The notes beneath the pieces were generated by a model. The model did not search any database, was not told where the DNA came from, and saw only the letters and a list, made by a program, of their open reading frames with translations. A stretch of 64,000 bases of DNA from a virus. Shown here in pieces: positions 31,876 through 42,479 of the stretch. The DNA lies in IMG/VR virus record IMGVR_UViG_3300023184_000046, positions 32,001 through 96,000 of that record; one strand, written 5' to 3'. Every line of letters starts with the position of its first letter. The stretch's first letter is position 1. Position numbers and translations under genes: made by a program.

Positions 31876-33330
31876 ATGAACTTTAAAAACTGGCTATTAT
31901 TATCTGAAGGTTCAATTAAAATTCCTTACAAGGTAATTCAACCTATTGTTAATGATTATTTTGATTTTTACAAAAATGTTAACTTGGGTAAATCAAAATT
32001 TAGAGATGAAGAACACATATACACACTTGATCTTTCAGATACAAACTACAATTTCCCTAATATAATTCCAAAATTAAAAGTAACTTACAAAGGCATTAAG
32101 GGTAAAACTACTATAGGAGGCTTTACACCATCTAAAACTAAAATTGAATACCCACCGTTACCTTATAATCCTACAAGAGATCCAATTACTGTAATTGGAG
32201 ATATTATATTAAAAAAAGATTTACCTTCTAACGAATCTCCTGTTAAATTAATTGAACATGAAGTCATACATTTTATACAAGACCTTATAAATATTCACAT
32301 GTCACACAATAAAGGAATTTACAAAAATGATGGTCAATTAGGTAGTGGCAAAAGACCTGATTTCGGTGGCAGCGGACCAAGAAAATTAACACAAGATTTA
32401 ATGAATAAATTAAATGTTGATTTTCTTGGTGATAATAAAAAACATGGAAGAAGAATAGATCACGAAAAAATAGCAACTGAATATCAAACTAACTTAAGTT
32501 CTATTATAATTTTATTATATCAACAATTTACAAGTACATTTTTAAATGGAAATTTAAACCCAGATTATTATTCTTATCCTTATGACATTATAAAAAATAT
32601 CAAAACTAAAGAAGATTTTGAAAAAAACAAAGATGTAATTATTGAATTTTTAAATAATCAAACCGCAAAAAAGAAATTTATTCAAAAAATTAATATTAAT
32701 AAATTAACAAAAATTAAAGATTTCAATAAAGAATTGTATAATTGGTACTTAAGTGAAATTTATAAAAACTTTGTAATAAAAGATATTGAAGAATATAAAC
32801 TAAATCAAATTGTAGATGAATATTTCTTTGTTAAAAATAAATCATCTAATGAAGATAAATATTTTGCAAATAACATAACTTTAAGAAATTTTATAAAACT
32901 ATTTAAAAATACAGATTCTAATAGTTATACTATAAATCACAGTAATTCTTTGCAAGAAATACCTTATCACAAAACCATTGAAAATGTTAGTTCAAGTTAT
33001 TTATTTGATTTTGCAAAAAGAATAATTGATAAGTTTTATCAAGTTAAAGCAAAAGACATGGATTTGAAAGATTATAGATATGGACCAGAAGTTTCTAAGA
33101 AAACTATCAATCGCAATGACTTAAAAATTATTTTTAATTTTATTAAAAAGTTAAAAGAAAAATCCAATACTTATGCACCAGAAGGCTTTGTTGGATTAGA
33201 AGAACTTTCAAGAGAACTTGTTGTATTCTTAGCAGAAGATATCGCATGGTCATATGAACAACATTATAGAAATAAAAAAATAGATAAAATTCCACCTACA
33301 ACATATGATATAATAGAAGACTTTTTATGA
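31876..33330 (+). CDS. Tagged protein with HExxH motif
   Basis: MNFKNWLLLSE; LIEHEVIHFIQD...TEYQTN; CATAAATA upstream. Confidence 0.6.
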   Translation: MNFKNWLLLSEGSIKIPYKVIQPIVNDYFDFYKNVNLGKSKFRDEEHIYTLDLSDTNYNFPNIIPKLKVTYKGIKGKTTIGGFTPSKTKIEYPPLPYNPTRDPITVIGDIILKKDLPSNESPVKLIEHEVIHFIQDLINIHMSHNKGIYKNDGQLGSGKRPDFGGSGPRKLTQDLMNKLNVDFLGDNKKHGRRIDHEKIATEYQTNLSSIIILLYQQFTSTFLNGNLNPDYYSYPYDIIKNIKTKEDFEKNKDVIIEFLNNQTAKKKFIQKININKLTKIKDFNKELYNWYLSEIYKNFVIKDIEEYKLNQIVDEYFFVKNKSSNEDKYFANNITLRNFIKLFKNTDSNSYTINHSNSLQEIPYHKTIENVSSSYLFDFAKRIIDKFYQVKAKDMDLKDYRYGPEVSKKTINRNDLKIIFNFIKKLKEKSNTYAPEGFVGLEELSRELVVFLAEDIAWSYEQHYRNKKIDKIPPTTYDIIEDFL

Positions 33331-34841
33331 ACTTTAAACAATGGTTATTACTAACTGAATCTGTATCAATTTCTCAATCTTTAAAGAAATTTAAAAATAA
33401 TAAAGATTTCGAAAAAACATATAATATTGCTTTTAAAAAAATCAGCAGTTTACCTCCTAATGTGCCAGATAAATTAAAAAGAATTTATGTAAATTATTTT
33501 GCGTGGAATACTTTCAATGCAAAAGAATTAACTGGCATGCCAAGTGTAAAGATTATGATTGATGATAAGATAAATAGTAATATAGATGATGTTAAAGATT
33601 ATTTAGTTGCAAATAAAGACAACAATGTTTTGACATCTAAATTAAATAACCCTGAGTTTTCATTAGAAGAATTAAAAAAATTAAGTGAAGTTTGGCATGA
33701 AGAATTAAAATCTAAAAAATTAACGCCAGCTAAAGAAGGAGAAACACTTATTGATTTATCTAATTTGGGATCTCAATGGCAAGGATGGAGATGGGTTTCT
33801 TTAAACGAAAAATATTGCAACCAAGAAGCAAATGCTATGGGTCACTGTGGAAATGCTGCATACAAAACAGGAGATAATATACTTTCTCTGAGAGATTCAC
33901 AAAATGTACCACACCTTACATTTATTGAAAACAGAGGTGTTTTAGGAGAAATGAAGGGAAGAAATAATTCTAAACCTTCACCTAAATATCATTTGCCAGT
34001 TATAGAATTGCTTAAAAGCAATAAAATACTATCAGTAAGAGGTGGTGGACATGCCCCAGAGAGTAATTTTTCATTAGATGATTTAATTAACAAAGAAGCT
34101 TTATTAAAAATAAAACCAAAGTTAGATTTTAACATTTATAAAAAAGAATTTATCAATTCCTTGCTGAAGCTTCCTGATAATGAAAAAATTAATGAAATAG
34201 AAAACATCTTAGATGAAAGATTTACTTTAGATGAGCATGAAGATTTTGTTTATAGCAAATTTAAAAGCACTGAAGAATTTTTATCTTGGATGAATAAATT
34301 TACTAGTTCGAATATAAAAAGAAACCTTAACTTTGGATTTTTAGATGAAATGATGGATCATATAGATATAGATATATCAGGCGAAGAAATAAAAGAAGCA
34401 ATTGAATATATTGATGAATTTAATTTTGAAAAAATTAAAAAACTAGCAAAAAATGAAAATGTTTCTTTAGAAGAACCAAAAGATATTCTAGAATTAACAG
34501 ATTCATCTTTTAAAGATGATATCATGCAGCACATTACTGATGCTTTAAGAAACACATATGAACAAAGTATGTTAGATGAAATTTGGGATGATTTTAAATC
34601 TTCTTTTGAAAGCAATGAAGACAAAAATTATTTGCTGAATAGAATCTATCATTCAAATGACATAAGAATTGTTTTAAACAAAAAATTACTAAATGATATT
34701 TTAACTAAATTTTCAAGTGAATCAAATACTGAAAATTTTCAAAATTTGTTAGAAGAAATAAAATACACTTATTATCCAGCAGATGTTTACCCTAGTTTAA
34801 ACAAAGAATCTTTTAATGAATATCTAAAAAGTTTAATTTAA
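33327..34841 (+). CDS. Tagged protein with PcfJ-like domain
   Basis: MNFKQWLLLTE; EANAMGHCG...ILSLRD...PHLTF...EMKGRNNSKP. Confidence 0.55.
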   Translation: MNFKQWLLLTESVSISQSLKKFKNNKDFEKTYNIAFKKISSLPPNVPDKLKRIYVNYFAWNTFNAKELTGMPSVKIMIDDKINSNIDDVKDYLVANKDNNVLTSKLNNPEFSLEELKKLSEVWHEELKSKKLTPAKEGETLIDLSNLGSQWQGWRWVSLNEKYCNQEANAMGHCGNAAYKTGDNILSLRDSQNVPHLTFIENRGVLGEMKGRNNSKPSPKYHLPVIELLKSNKILSVRGGGHAPESNFSLDDLINKEALLKIKPKLDFNIYKKEFINSLLKLPDNEKINEIENILDERFTLDEHEDFVYSKFKSTEEFLSWMNKFTSSNIKRNLNFGFLDEMMDHIDIDISGEEIKEAIEYIDEFNFEKIKKLAKNENVSLEEPKDILELTDSSFKDDIMQHITDALRNTYEQSMLDEIWDDFKSSFESNEDKNYLLNRIYHSNDIRIVLNKKLLNDILTKFSSESNTENFQNLLEEIKYTYYPADVYPSLNKESFNEYLKSLI

Positions 34842-34896
34842 ATTAATAAACTATAAACTTTAAGTATAAATATATTACTACCCAAAGGAAGCAATT

Positions 34897-35916
34897 ATGA
34901 ACATAGCAATACTCGGAGCAATAGACGAACCAACTTGGCTTGAAGACATTCAAACTAAATTGATGGCAACTAATAAATTTCAATTAGTTGATATTGTTGA
35001 TGTTATAGAGTCTACACCAACTCTTTCAACTTTGTTGAATTATGACTCGTTATTGGTCTTTAATGATATAGATTACTATGACAATCTAGAATTGGGAAAT
35101 ATAATTGCTGATTACATTGATACTGGAAGAGGAGTAGTCACTTCGGTTTTTGAAACAGCAGGGGAAATGGGCTATTTGCAAGGAAGATGGAGTAGCGAAG
35201 GATACTATGTGATCGACCCATCTGGACAGGAAGATGGTATTCAATTATATCTTGGAACTGTATTTATTCCATCTCATCCCATCATGGTTGGAGTTACTAC
35301 ATTTGATGGCGGTTCTAGTAGTTATTATGGATCAGGAAGTCTTTCTCTTTACACTACGCTAATCGCTAATTGGACTAATGGATCACCTCTCATTGCAGAA
35401 AAATCAAATAAGGATAATGGCGATCCAATAGCTGGCAAATGTGTTGCTTTAAATTTTTACCCGCCTTCTTCAGATGTTAGAGTTGATTTTTGGAATCCTG
35501 CTACTGATGGTGCAACAATAATGGCTAATGCTTTGGAATACGCAGCAGGAGGAGTAGTAGTAAATTACACAGTTAAATTGACTCCAGATGAAGTTAATAT
35601 TGGAACCGAAGGGTACTTAGATACTTCTGTTGTTAATGGTGTATCCAAACAAAGAACTATTGGGCCTGTTGAAACTGTATTTTCTAATGGTGATCGAAAA
35701 GTTGTAGGAAACTTAAAAGATGGAGATAATTTTGATAATCAAGTACAAAATTTAGCTGACATTATTGGATTGATTGAATTAACTACAACGACAACGACTC
35801 CAGAACCTACAACAACTACTACAACTACAACACCTGCACCAACTACTTCAACTACCACAACTACCACAACTACTCCTGCACCAACGACTACAACGACAAC
35901 AACTGTTGCACCATAA
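34897..35916 (+). CDS. Putative structural/surface protein with Thr-rich tail
   Basis: TATAAATA 34865-34872; alpha/beta domain (PTLSTLLNYDSLLVF...IADYIDTGRGVV); C-terminal TTTTTPEP/PAPTTT. Confidence 0.6.
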   Translation: MNIAILGAIDEPTWLEDIQTKLMATNKFQLVDIVDVIESTPTLSTLLNYDSLLVFNDIDYYDNLELGNIIADYIDTGRGVVTSVFETAGEMGYLQGRWSSEGYYVIDPSGQEDGIQLYLGTVFIPSHPIMVGVTTFDGGSSSYYGSGSLSLYTTLIANWTNGSPLIAEKSNKDNGDPIAGKCVALNFYPPSSDVRVDFWNPATDGATIMANALEYAAGGVVVNYTVKLTPDEVNIGTEGYLDTSVVNGVSKQRTIGPVETVFSNGDRKVVGNLKDGDNFDNQVQNLADIIGLIELTTTTTTPEPTTTTTTTTPAPTTSTTTTTTTTPAPTTTTTTTVAP

Positions 35917-35923
35917 ATAAATT

Positions 35924-36445
35924 ATGAAATTTAAACTTTGGCTGGAAAATGAATCTAATGATCTTTTAAATTGGTTGAAAAGTAAACCGCAATCAACCTT
36001 AACAAAATCTTGGGAAGATGAATCTTCTACAGATTATTTGATTACAACTAAATTAAAAGATGATTCATTTATTCATTTTACTTTAAAAGATAGAGCATTG
36101 AAAATACTAGAAACTAAAAAAATATTGGCTAAACCACCACACGAAAGATATTTGTATTTCGGTGCTTATGCTATATCAGTAAACTTTGGATATCTTGTAG
36201 AAGATGTACAAATTAATCATGTTAAAGAAAATGAAACAAAAGAAAACCCAGCAGTTGCTATTAAGTTTAAAACTAATACTTTCCCACATAGAAAAATTGG
36301 ACACCCAGAAGAGATAAATTGGGATCGAGATGTTAGTATTATTGGTGCTGAAATTATTAAAGTTTCAGATGCATTAAATATGCTTAAAAATAATAAACCA
36401 AATCTTAAAGAAAACGATGGCTACTCAATAGAGTATACAAAGTAA
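35924..36445 (+). CDS. Tagged protein, possible ADP-ribosyltransferase fold
   Basis: MKFKLWLENE; FIHFT...LKILE...AYAIS...PEEI. Confidence 0.4.
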   Translation: MKFKLWLENESNDLLNWLKSKPQSTLTKSWEDESSTDYLITTKLKDDSFIHFTLKDRALKILETKKILAKPPHERYLYFGAYAISVNFGYLVEDVQINHVKENETKENPAVAIKFKTNTFPHRKIGHPEEINWDRDVSIIGAEIIKVSDALNMLKNNKPNLKENDGYSIEYTK

Positions 36446-36448
36446 ACT

Positions 36449-37048
36449 ATGAAATTTAAACTTTGGTTGGAAAATGAAGATTACAGAGGTACACATCAAC
36501 CTCCAACCAAAGAAGATGCTCCACTTCATGATTTAACTAATACTTATCCAGATGATATTTATGGTCCAAATGGTGCAAGATATTATGGGCATGGTGACCC
36601 TAATATAGATAACTATACCATTAGTATTATTCAATCTGCTAGAAATAAACCAAATATGCAAGTTAAAATTTATAGAGCTATGCCAAAAGTACTTTCTAGT
36701 CAAGAAAAAATAAATGATCTGGAAAAACAAAAAAAGTACATACAAAAAACAGGAAAAATACCTCCTGCTGCTATGGATTATCTTGGCTCTGCTAGTTCTT
36801 ATTTTAATCCTTCTAAATATTATGAAATTCTTAACAAGGAATTAGAAAAAATAAACTCTAAACCTCTTGTTGAAAAAGAAAAAATTAAAATAAACTCTGG
36901 TGATTGGGTTTCAATAAATAGACAATATGCAGTCGAACATGGACAAAGCAGCTTAAGAAATAATTACAGGATTTTAACTAAAACTGTTCCAGCTAGAACA
37001 CTTTTTACTAATGGCGATTCAATCCACGAATGGGGTTATAATCCTTAA
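36449..37048 (+). CDS. Tagged protein, probable ADP-ribosyltransferase fold
   Basis: MKFKLWLENE; VKIYRA...GDWVS...YA..HG...GDSIHEWGY (R-S-E-like arrangement). Confidence 0.5.
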   Translation: MKFKLWLENEDYRGTHQPPTKEDAPLHDLTNTYPDDIYGPNGARYYGHGDPNIDNYTISIIQSARNKPNMQVKIYRAMPKVLSSQEKINDLEKQKKYIQKTGKIPPAAMDYLGSASSYFNPSKYYEILNKELEKINSKPLVEKEKIKINSGDWVSINRQYAVEHGQSSLRNNYRILTKTVPARTLFTNGDSIHEWGYNP

Positions 37049-37092
37049 TTTATAAAAAATTAAATTTTTTGAATTACTATTATAAATAAACT

Positions 37093-37881
37093 ATGGAACT
37101 TGAAACTGTTATTTTTACATGTACAACATTTTTTGATTTTGAAAATAAAGATAATCAAAACAAATGGAATTGTTTTTGCAATGCTATTGACAGTATTTTA
37201 GAAAAACATACACAAGATGATTTAAATAAAATAAAAAAATGGATAATTGTCAATGAATATTCAGAATCCCCAAAAAGAGATTGGGTAGCTGCTGTTCATG
37301 AAAAATATCCATTTATTGAAGTAATTCAAAAGACTAAAGAAAATATAGGACAAGCCCGTTCACTTAATATTATTCTTGAAAAAATTAAAAAATATACATA
37401 TTGGATTCATTGGGAAGAATCATGGTATTGCAAATTACCATGTTTAAATCGCATGTTTGATGTTATGCATAATACTAACATTACGCAATTGCAATGTACG
37501 CAGGAGAATGGAATGCCAAGTTGGATTAGATCAAATCCTAATCTTCATCCTCTAAGTAAAACTATAAATGGAACTGAATTTTACGAACTTAATCCTAATT
37601 CTGCTGAAACATATGAGAATCTTAATAAAAAAATCTCTGAATTTTACAAAAATTTTAGTTCTTTTATTAATAATTGGCCTCTATATTCATTACGACCTTC
37701 TACAAATCGTGTAAGTGGCTATAAATTTGGAGATTTTTCCACACAACCAGAATATTGGCCGTTTAGGTTTGAATGGGATTTTGGTAGACGATGGCTGTTG
37801 GCAGGAAATACAAAAGCAGTACTTCCAGATGGACCAATTATGAGAAATGAAGAAAGCCATGTAAGTACATGGTCTGTATAA
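37093..37881 (+). CDS. GT-A fold glycosyltransferase-like protein
   Basis: WIIVNE, GQARSLN, YWIHWEESW, YSLRPS; TATAAATA 37081-37088. Confidence 0.55.
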   Translation: MELETVIFTCTTFFDFENKDNQNKWNCFCNAIDSILEKHTQDDLNKIKKWIIVNEYSESPKRDWVAAVHEKYPFIEVIQKTKENIGQARSLNIILEKIKKYTYWIHWEESWYCKLPCLNRMFDVMHNTNITQLQCTQENGMPSWIRSNPNLHPLSKTINGTEFYELNPNSAETYENLNKKISEFYKNFSSFINNWPLYSLRPSTNRVSGYKFGDFSTQPEYWPFRFEWDFGRRWLLAGNTKAVLPDGPIMRNEESHVSTWSV

Positions 37882-37930
37882 TTGTATAGTATTAAAAACT
37901 CAAATAATTTTTTAATTGCATAAATAAACT

Positions 37931-38764
37931 ATGAACTTCAAACATTGGCTTAATGAAGAAAATACAGATAGTCAATCCAAACTCATGGATAGACTAAAGC
38001 ACATAAACGATACATCCAATTATAGTGATGGATTTGGAAATGATGGAGGAAACCACTTTCTTCTAACTCTATATTCAGCAGCCATGGGATATCCAAAAGG
38101 CACTAAAATCGTATCCATTCTCAATAGTAATTTAAATTATTGGAAAGATCCTGATGTAAAAAATCTCATGGATAGTCTCGTCAGTGATGGCAAACTAAAA
38201 ATTATTAATAAAAACGAAAACTTATTTGTTGGTGAACCAAATGCCGTAAATGCAATAGTTAAAGAATGGGAATATATTAGTAAATTTAAATGGGATAGCG
38301 AAAATCCAAGAATGAGTGAAAACCTTAAAAATGCACATAGAAGAATCGGGGTTTTACTTGGATACAAACCAGATGTAACTGAGGATTTTCTTGTGCATGC
38401 TGATAACTTGCACCACAATGTCCCAGAAACAATTCTCATCGGCTCTGCTAGGATATACCTCATCGGAAATACTTTGATGATTAATGGGGAAAAGCAAAAA
38501 TTTAATATAAAAATAACACCAGATCAAGTTGATATGCTAAAAAATATGGGAACCCTTAGCACTTTACAAAAAGAAAATATTATCGGAATAATGCCTCCTA
38601 ATAAATCTGATTTTAGTAGTTCTCCAAGACCTGCTGGACAGGAATTCATTAACCTTGGGGTTGCAAGAGTACAATTATCCAAGGATTCCATACATTTAAA
38701 CAAAACAGTGATACCATTAACTAAACAGCAAGTCCAAGATATAAAAGATATGCTTGAAATATAA
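37931..38764 (+). CDS. Tagged hypothetical protein
   Basis: MNFKHWLNEE; HRRIGVLLGYKPD; CATAAATA upstream. Confidence 0.6.
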   Translation: MNFKHWLNEENTDSQSKLMDRLKHINDTSNYSDGFGNDGGNHFLLTLYSAAMGYPKGTKIVSILNSNLNYWKDPDVKNLMDSLVSDGKLKIINKNENLFVGEPNAVNAIVKEWEYISKFKWDSENPRMSENLKNAHRRIGVLLGYKPDVTEDFLVHADNLHHNVPETILIGSARIYLIGNTLMINGEKQKFNIKITPDQVDMLKNMGTLSTLQKENIIGIMPPNKSDFSSSPRPAGQEFINLGVARVQLSKDSIHLNKTVIPLTKQQVQDIKDMLEI

Positions 38765-38776
38765 AAATATAACTAA

Positions 38777-39952
38777 TTAAACAACGGTTATTGCCATAGT
38801 AACCTCATAACCTGCATCTACACTTATAAATCCTTTTTTTGTTCCAAATGCTCTTATTGGATTTAGGTTTCCCTTTTTTTGGAAATCATTACCGAATTTA
38901 TTATTTCCAAATTGTCCAAAGGTATTAGTACCCCAACAAAACAATTGACCAGCTTTTATCGCTGCTGTGTGACTCCATCCACAAGAGACTTGTTTCCAAT
39001 TTGTTCCATATGTTGTTGTTTGTACTGGTGATGATTTTGGTTGAAGTCCAGGTTTGCCAGTACCAAGCTGACCATGATCATTATTACCCCAACACCATAA
39101 TGTTCCGTCTGTCTTTATTGCTGCTGTGTGCCTATTACCACAAGAAACTTGTTTCCAATTTGTTCCAAATGCAATTGTTTGAACTGGCGAGCTTCTATTT
39201 GTTCTTGTGTTATCGCCCAATTGCCCATAAGGATTTTCTCCCCAACACCATAATGTTCCGTCTGTTTTTATCGCAGCTGTGTGAAGACCACCACAAGATA
39301 CTTGATTCCAATTTGTTCCAAGTGCTGTTGTTTGAACTGGTGAGTTTTTGTAACCATTTGTATTGTCGCCAAGTTGACCATCGAAGTTTATTCCCCAACA
39401 CCATAATGTTCCGTCTGTCTTTATTGCTGCTGTGTGTGCCCCACCACTAGCAGAAACTTGCTTCCAATTTGTTCCAAAGGTAACTGTTTGAACTGGTGAA
39501 CTTCTAGAAGAGGTTAAGGTGTTGACAACGCCTAATTGACCATAGCCGTTATCACCCCACAACCATAATGTTCCGTCTGTCTTTATTGCTGCTGTATGTG
39601 CACCTCCACAAGAAACCTGTTTCCAGTTATTACCTCTAGTAATTGTTTGTACTGGTGATGATTTACCAACTACTGTATTATCACCAAGCTTTCCAGTCGT
39701 TGTTCTTTTTATTAGTGGTTCATAACCCCACAACCATAATGTTCCGTCACTTTTTATACCTGCTGTATGTCCAAATCCACAAGAAACCTGTTTCCAGTTA
39801 TTACCTCTAGCAATTGTTTGTACTGGTGAGCTTCTATGTACTATTGTGTTATCTCCAAGTTTTCCATTGTGGTTTGCTTGATCTCCTTTTGGTGGGAAAC
39901 CACCATCATTTAAACCAGAACCAAATAAAAAACCGCTAGTATTTAATGTCAT
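38777..39952 (-). CDS. RCC1-repeat beta-propeller protein
   Basis: Repeated WKQVSCG..HTAAIKTDGTLWCWG.N..GQLGDNT...SSPVQT. Confidence 0.92.
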   Translation of the reverse strand: MTLNTSGFLFGSGLNDGGFPPKGDQANHNGKLGDNTIVHRSSPVQTIARGNNWKQVSCGFGHTAGIKSDGTLWLWGYEPLIKRTTTGKLGDNTVVGKSSPVQTITRGNNWKQVSCGGAHTAAIKTDGTLWLWGDNGYGQLGVVNTLTSSRSSPVQTVTFGTNWKQVSASGGAHTAAIKTDGTLWCWGINFDGQLGDNTNGYKNSPVQTTALGTNWNQVSCGGLHTAAIKTDGTLWCWGENPYGQLGDNTRTNRSSPVQTIAFGTNWKQVSCGNRHTAAIKTDGTLWCWGNNDHGQLGTGKPGLQPKSSPVQTTTYGTNWKQVSCGWSHTAAIKAGQLFCWGTNTFGQFGNNKFGNDFQKKGNLNPIRAFGTKKGFISVDAGYEVTMAITVV

Positions 39953-40009
39953 AGTTTACTCTTTTCTTTGTTGATATTTTTTAAAAACAACATAATATAT
40001 ATTAATTAT

Positions 40010-40369
40010 TTAATAATTCACAAATACATTTTTACCATTTGTTTTTAATGTATCGTAATGCTCGCCATCTATATCCGTTCCTTTTTCATCATACCAATAT
40101 GGATTTACTCTTGGATTGTAAAATATACACTTGCCACTAATATCTGTTGCAGACTCTATCTTTACCCACTCACATTTAATCCAAGAACATACAGTTTTAC
40201 TACCACCCTTGTAAATCTTATTAGCTGTTTTTTTACTATTGCACAAAACACAATTATATAAAGTTAACTTTACGGCCATAGGATCAAAATAACTTTTAAT
40301 ACCATCGTCATCTGTTATTTGCCACTTCTTAAAATTCTTGCCTTTAGCTAAATGAAATCTAATCTTCAT
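40010..40369 (-). CDS. Hypothetical phage protein
   Basis: 119-aa ORF, RFHLAKG...KTVCSWIKC...YNPR. Confidence 0.6.
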   Translation of the reverse strand: MKIRFHLAKGKNFKKWQITDDDGIKSYFDPMAVKLTLYNCVLCNSKKTANKIYKGGSKTVCSWIKCEWVKIESATDISGKCIFYNPRVNPYWYDEKGTDIDGEHYDTLKTNGKNVFVNY

Positions 40370-40736
40370 TATTTTTACCTTTGTTTTTTATTAATAACTC
40401 GCCTACAACTTCTATTTTACCTACTAACTTTTGAAAATCAGATTGATCCATCTCAGAAATATTATTCATGTATGAATGAAGCTCAGAACATAACTCCTTG
40501 TATTCCTCTTGAAATTTCTTGCGATTAAACTTACCTTCTGATGCTTTTTTGTAATATGCTAACTTAACATGAAAATGATCATAAGTCAATAATGCAAGTC
40601 CACCTTTTTCTTTTGCATTAGAAGCAATTTTGCCTGCTCCCTCTTCCCTCTTCTTTGCAAATTCTTCTATTGATAATTCTTCTTGCTCTGTAAGCAAACC
40701 AGATAATCTTAACAGTTGTTCGTTTAACTTATTCAT
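40359..40736 (-). CDS. Hypothetical protein (LLRLSGLLTE motif)
   Basis: GAGG SD, AATAAATA upstream. Confidence 0.6.
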   Translation of the reverse strand: MNKLNEQLLRLSGLLTEQEELSIEEFAKKREEGAGKIASNAKEKGGLALLTYDHFHVKLAYYKKASEGKFNRKKFQEEYKELCSELHSYMNNISEMDQSDFQKLVGKIEVVGELLIKNKGKNNED

Positions 40737-40855
40737 TTGTCCTCTTTTCTTAAAATTTCATCACAATACTATTTATTGCTTTTTCTAAAAAAAAAACGGA
40801 ACTAATTTGCCTCGCTATTGCATAAATAACTTATTGATTTTAAACAAGGAACATT

Positions 40856-41323
40856 ATGAAAACATTTAAAGAATTCTTAAAACAAAAAATTAACGAACAA
40901 ATGGATATGCAAGAGCCACCAGCTATGGTTAGCCCATCAAAATACGATAAATACGAAAATTTAAAACAAGAAAAGCTAAAATATTTTAATGAAAAATTTC
41001 AAAATGCAAGACCTGATGCTAAAGAAGCTATACAATACTGGGTATTTGATAGAGATGTTAGCATGGAAAATTTTAAATCAATAGCTAATCGCATTCAAGA
41101 TTTAACTGCTAATAATAAATGTAAATTTTTAACTCTTGATATTGGTGTAGCAATTATATGGTTTGATAAAGAAAAAGGAAAATTTGTAACCTCTTTTGCC
41201 CAGTCTGAGTTTGATAAATTTGTAAAATTATTAGAAAAAATAATTCCATCATCTCCTGATTCTACTATGCAATCAAATCCTATGCCATCAAATATTGGAG
41301 ATTATTTGCCTAAGCGGAACTAA
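40856..41323 (+). CDS. Tagged hypothetical protein
   Basis: MKTFKEFLKQKINE. Confidence 0.65.
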   Translation: MKTFKEFLKQKINEQMDMQEPPAMVSPSKYDKYENLKQEKLKYFNEKFQNARPDAKEAIQYWVFDRDVSMENFKSIANRIQDLTANNKCKFLTLDIGVAIIWFDKEKGKFVTSFAQSEFDKFVKLLEKIIPSSPDSTMQSNPMPSNIGDYLPKRN

Positions 41324-41373
41324 TTTGCCTCGCTATTACATAAATAACTTATTAATTTAAAACAAGGAGTATC

Positions 41374-41583
41374 ATGAGTGAATTTTTAAATTGGCTAGAA
41401 CAAAAAGATAACATGCTTTTCATCTCTATAACAGAAGGAAAGAAAAAACATAAAAAAGATATTACTGGAGATGGCAAATCTGATTTTGCCGATGTTATAA
41501 AAGCTAGAGTCTTAGCTAGTGGCAAATCTGAAAAAGAAGCTCAAGGAATTGCTAAAAAGTATCATAAAAACAATGACAAATAA
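41374..41583 (+). CDS. Small tagged protein with EF-hand/dockerin-like loop
   Basis: MSEFLNWLE; DITGDGKSDFADV. Confidence 0.55.
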   Translation: MSEFLNWLEQKDNMLFISITEGKKKHKKDITGDGKSDFADVIKARVLASGKSEKEAQGIAKKYHKNNDK

Positions 41584-41639
41584 GTAAATATAAACAAAAT
41601 TATTTGCTGTGAACTTATTAATTAAAAACAAGGAATACG

Positions 41640-41897
41640 ATGAAAACAATTAAAGAATATTTAAAAGAAAATAATTTACTTGATTCTAATCATAAATTGT
41701 CAACAGATCATAGTTTTAAGGATTTAATTATAGATTCAATTCCAACTGATGCACTTAAAAATTTAAATCAATATAATTTAAACCATGGATCTGATCTTAA
41801 ATATTTATTTAAAAATAAAAATTGGTCTATAAATATACCTGATGAACATTGGGAAAATAGTTTTAATTTTCTTAAAAACAATAATTTCATTAAATAA
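41640..41897 (+). CDS. Tagged hypothetical protein
   Basis: MKTIKEYLKE; AAGGA SD. Confidence 0.55.
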   Translation: MKTIKEYLKENNLLDSNHKLSTDHSFKDLIIDSIPTDALKNLNQYNLNHGSDLKYLFKNKNWSINIPDEHWENSFNFLKNNNFIK

Positions 41898-41936
41898 AAG
41901 CGGAACTAATTCGCCTCGCTACCGCATAAATAAACT

Positions 41937-42479
41937 ATGAAAACATTTATTGAATATATTAACGAAATAGAAAATAATAAAAGCGGAACTAATTCGCCCT
42001 ATGATTACAATCATGAATTTAAAAAATGGACTGTTTTCCTTGAAAAAAGAGATGCTTGCTATCATAAAGTAAAAAGCAGATACCATGTGTGGCCTTCGGC
42101 CTACGGTTCTGGGGCCCTGGTTAAATGTAGAAAAGTAGGTGCGAAAAATTGGGGCAATTCTAGAAGAAATGAAAATACTGAAACTACTGAATTAAATGAA
42201 GATATCTTTAAATCAGAAAAAGAAAAAGGATTACGAGGCTGGTTCAATAGAAATAAAGGAAAAGGATGGATAGACTGCAAAGCTAGCAAAAAAGGAAAAC
42301 TCGTTTCTTGTGGCCGTAAAAAAGCTGGCAAAGGTACTGAAAGAAAATATCCAGCATGTAGACCAACTTTATCAGCATGTAATAAAACTGGAATTAAAAG
42401 AAAAATAAGCAGTAAAGCTATTTCTTGGAAAAAGAAAATACTTGAAATGATAACATCTAAGATAGAAACAATAGAATAA
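41937..42479 (+). CDS. Tagged Cys/Lys-rich protein of a type recalled from T4-like cyanophages
   Basis: MKTFIEYINE; DACYHKVKSRY..WPSAY.SGALVKCRK; GW.DC...CGR...YPACRPT. Confidence 0.6.
   Translation: MKTFIEYINEIENNKSGTNSPYDYNHEFKKWTVFLEKRDACYHKVKSRYHVWPSAYGSGALVKCRKVGAKNWGNSRRNENTETTELNEDIFKSEKEKGLRGWFNRNKGKGWIDCKASKKGKLVSCGRKKAGKGTERKYPACRPTLSACNKTGIKRKISSKAISWKKKILEMITSKIETIE

Noticed and set aside
38777-39952. DGR template/variable repeat interpretation of the internal DNA repeats
   Set aside because: Repeats are in-frame RCC1 blades, no adenine-specific pattern noticed, no RT in the window
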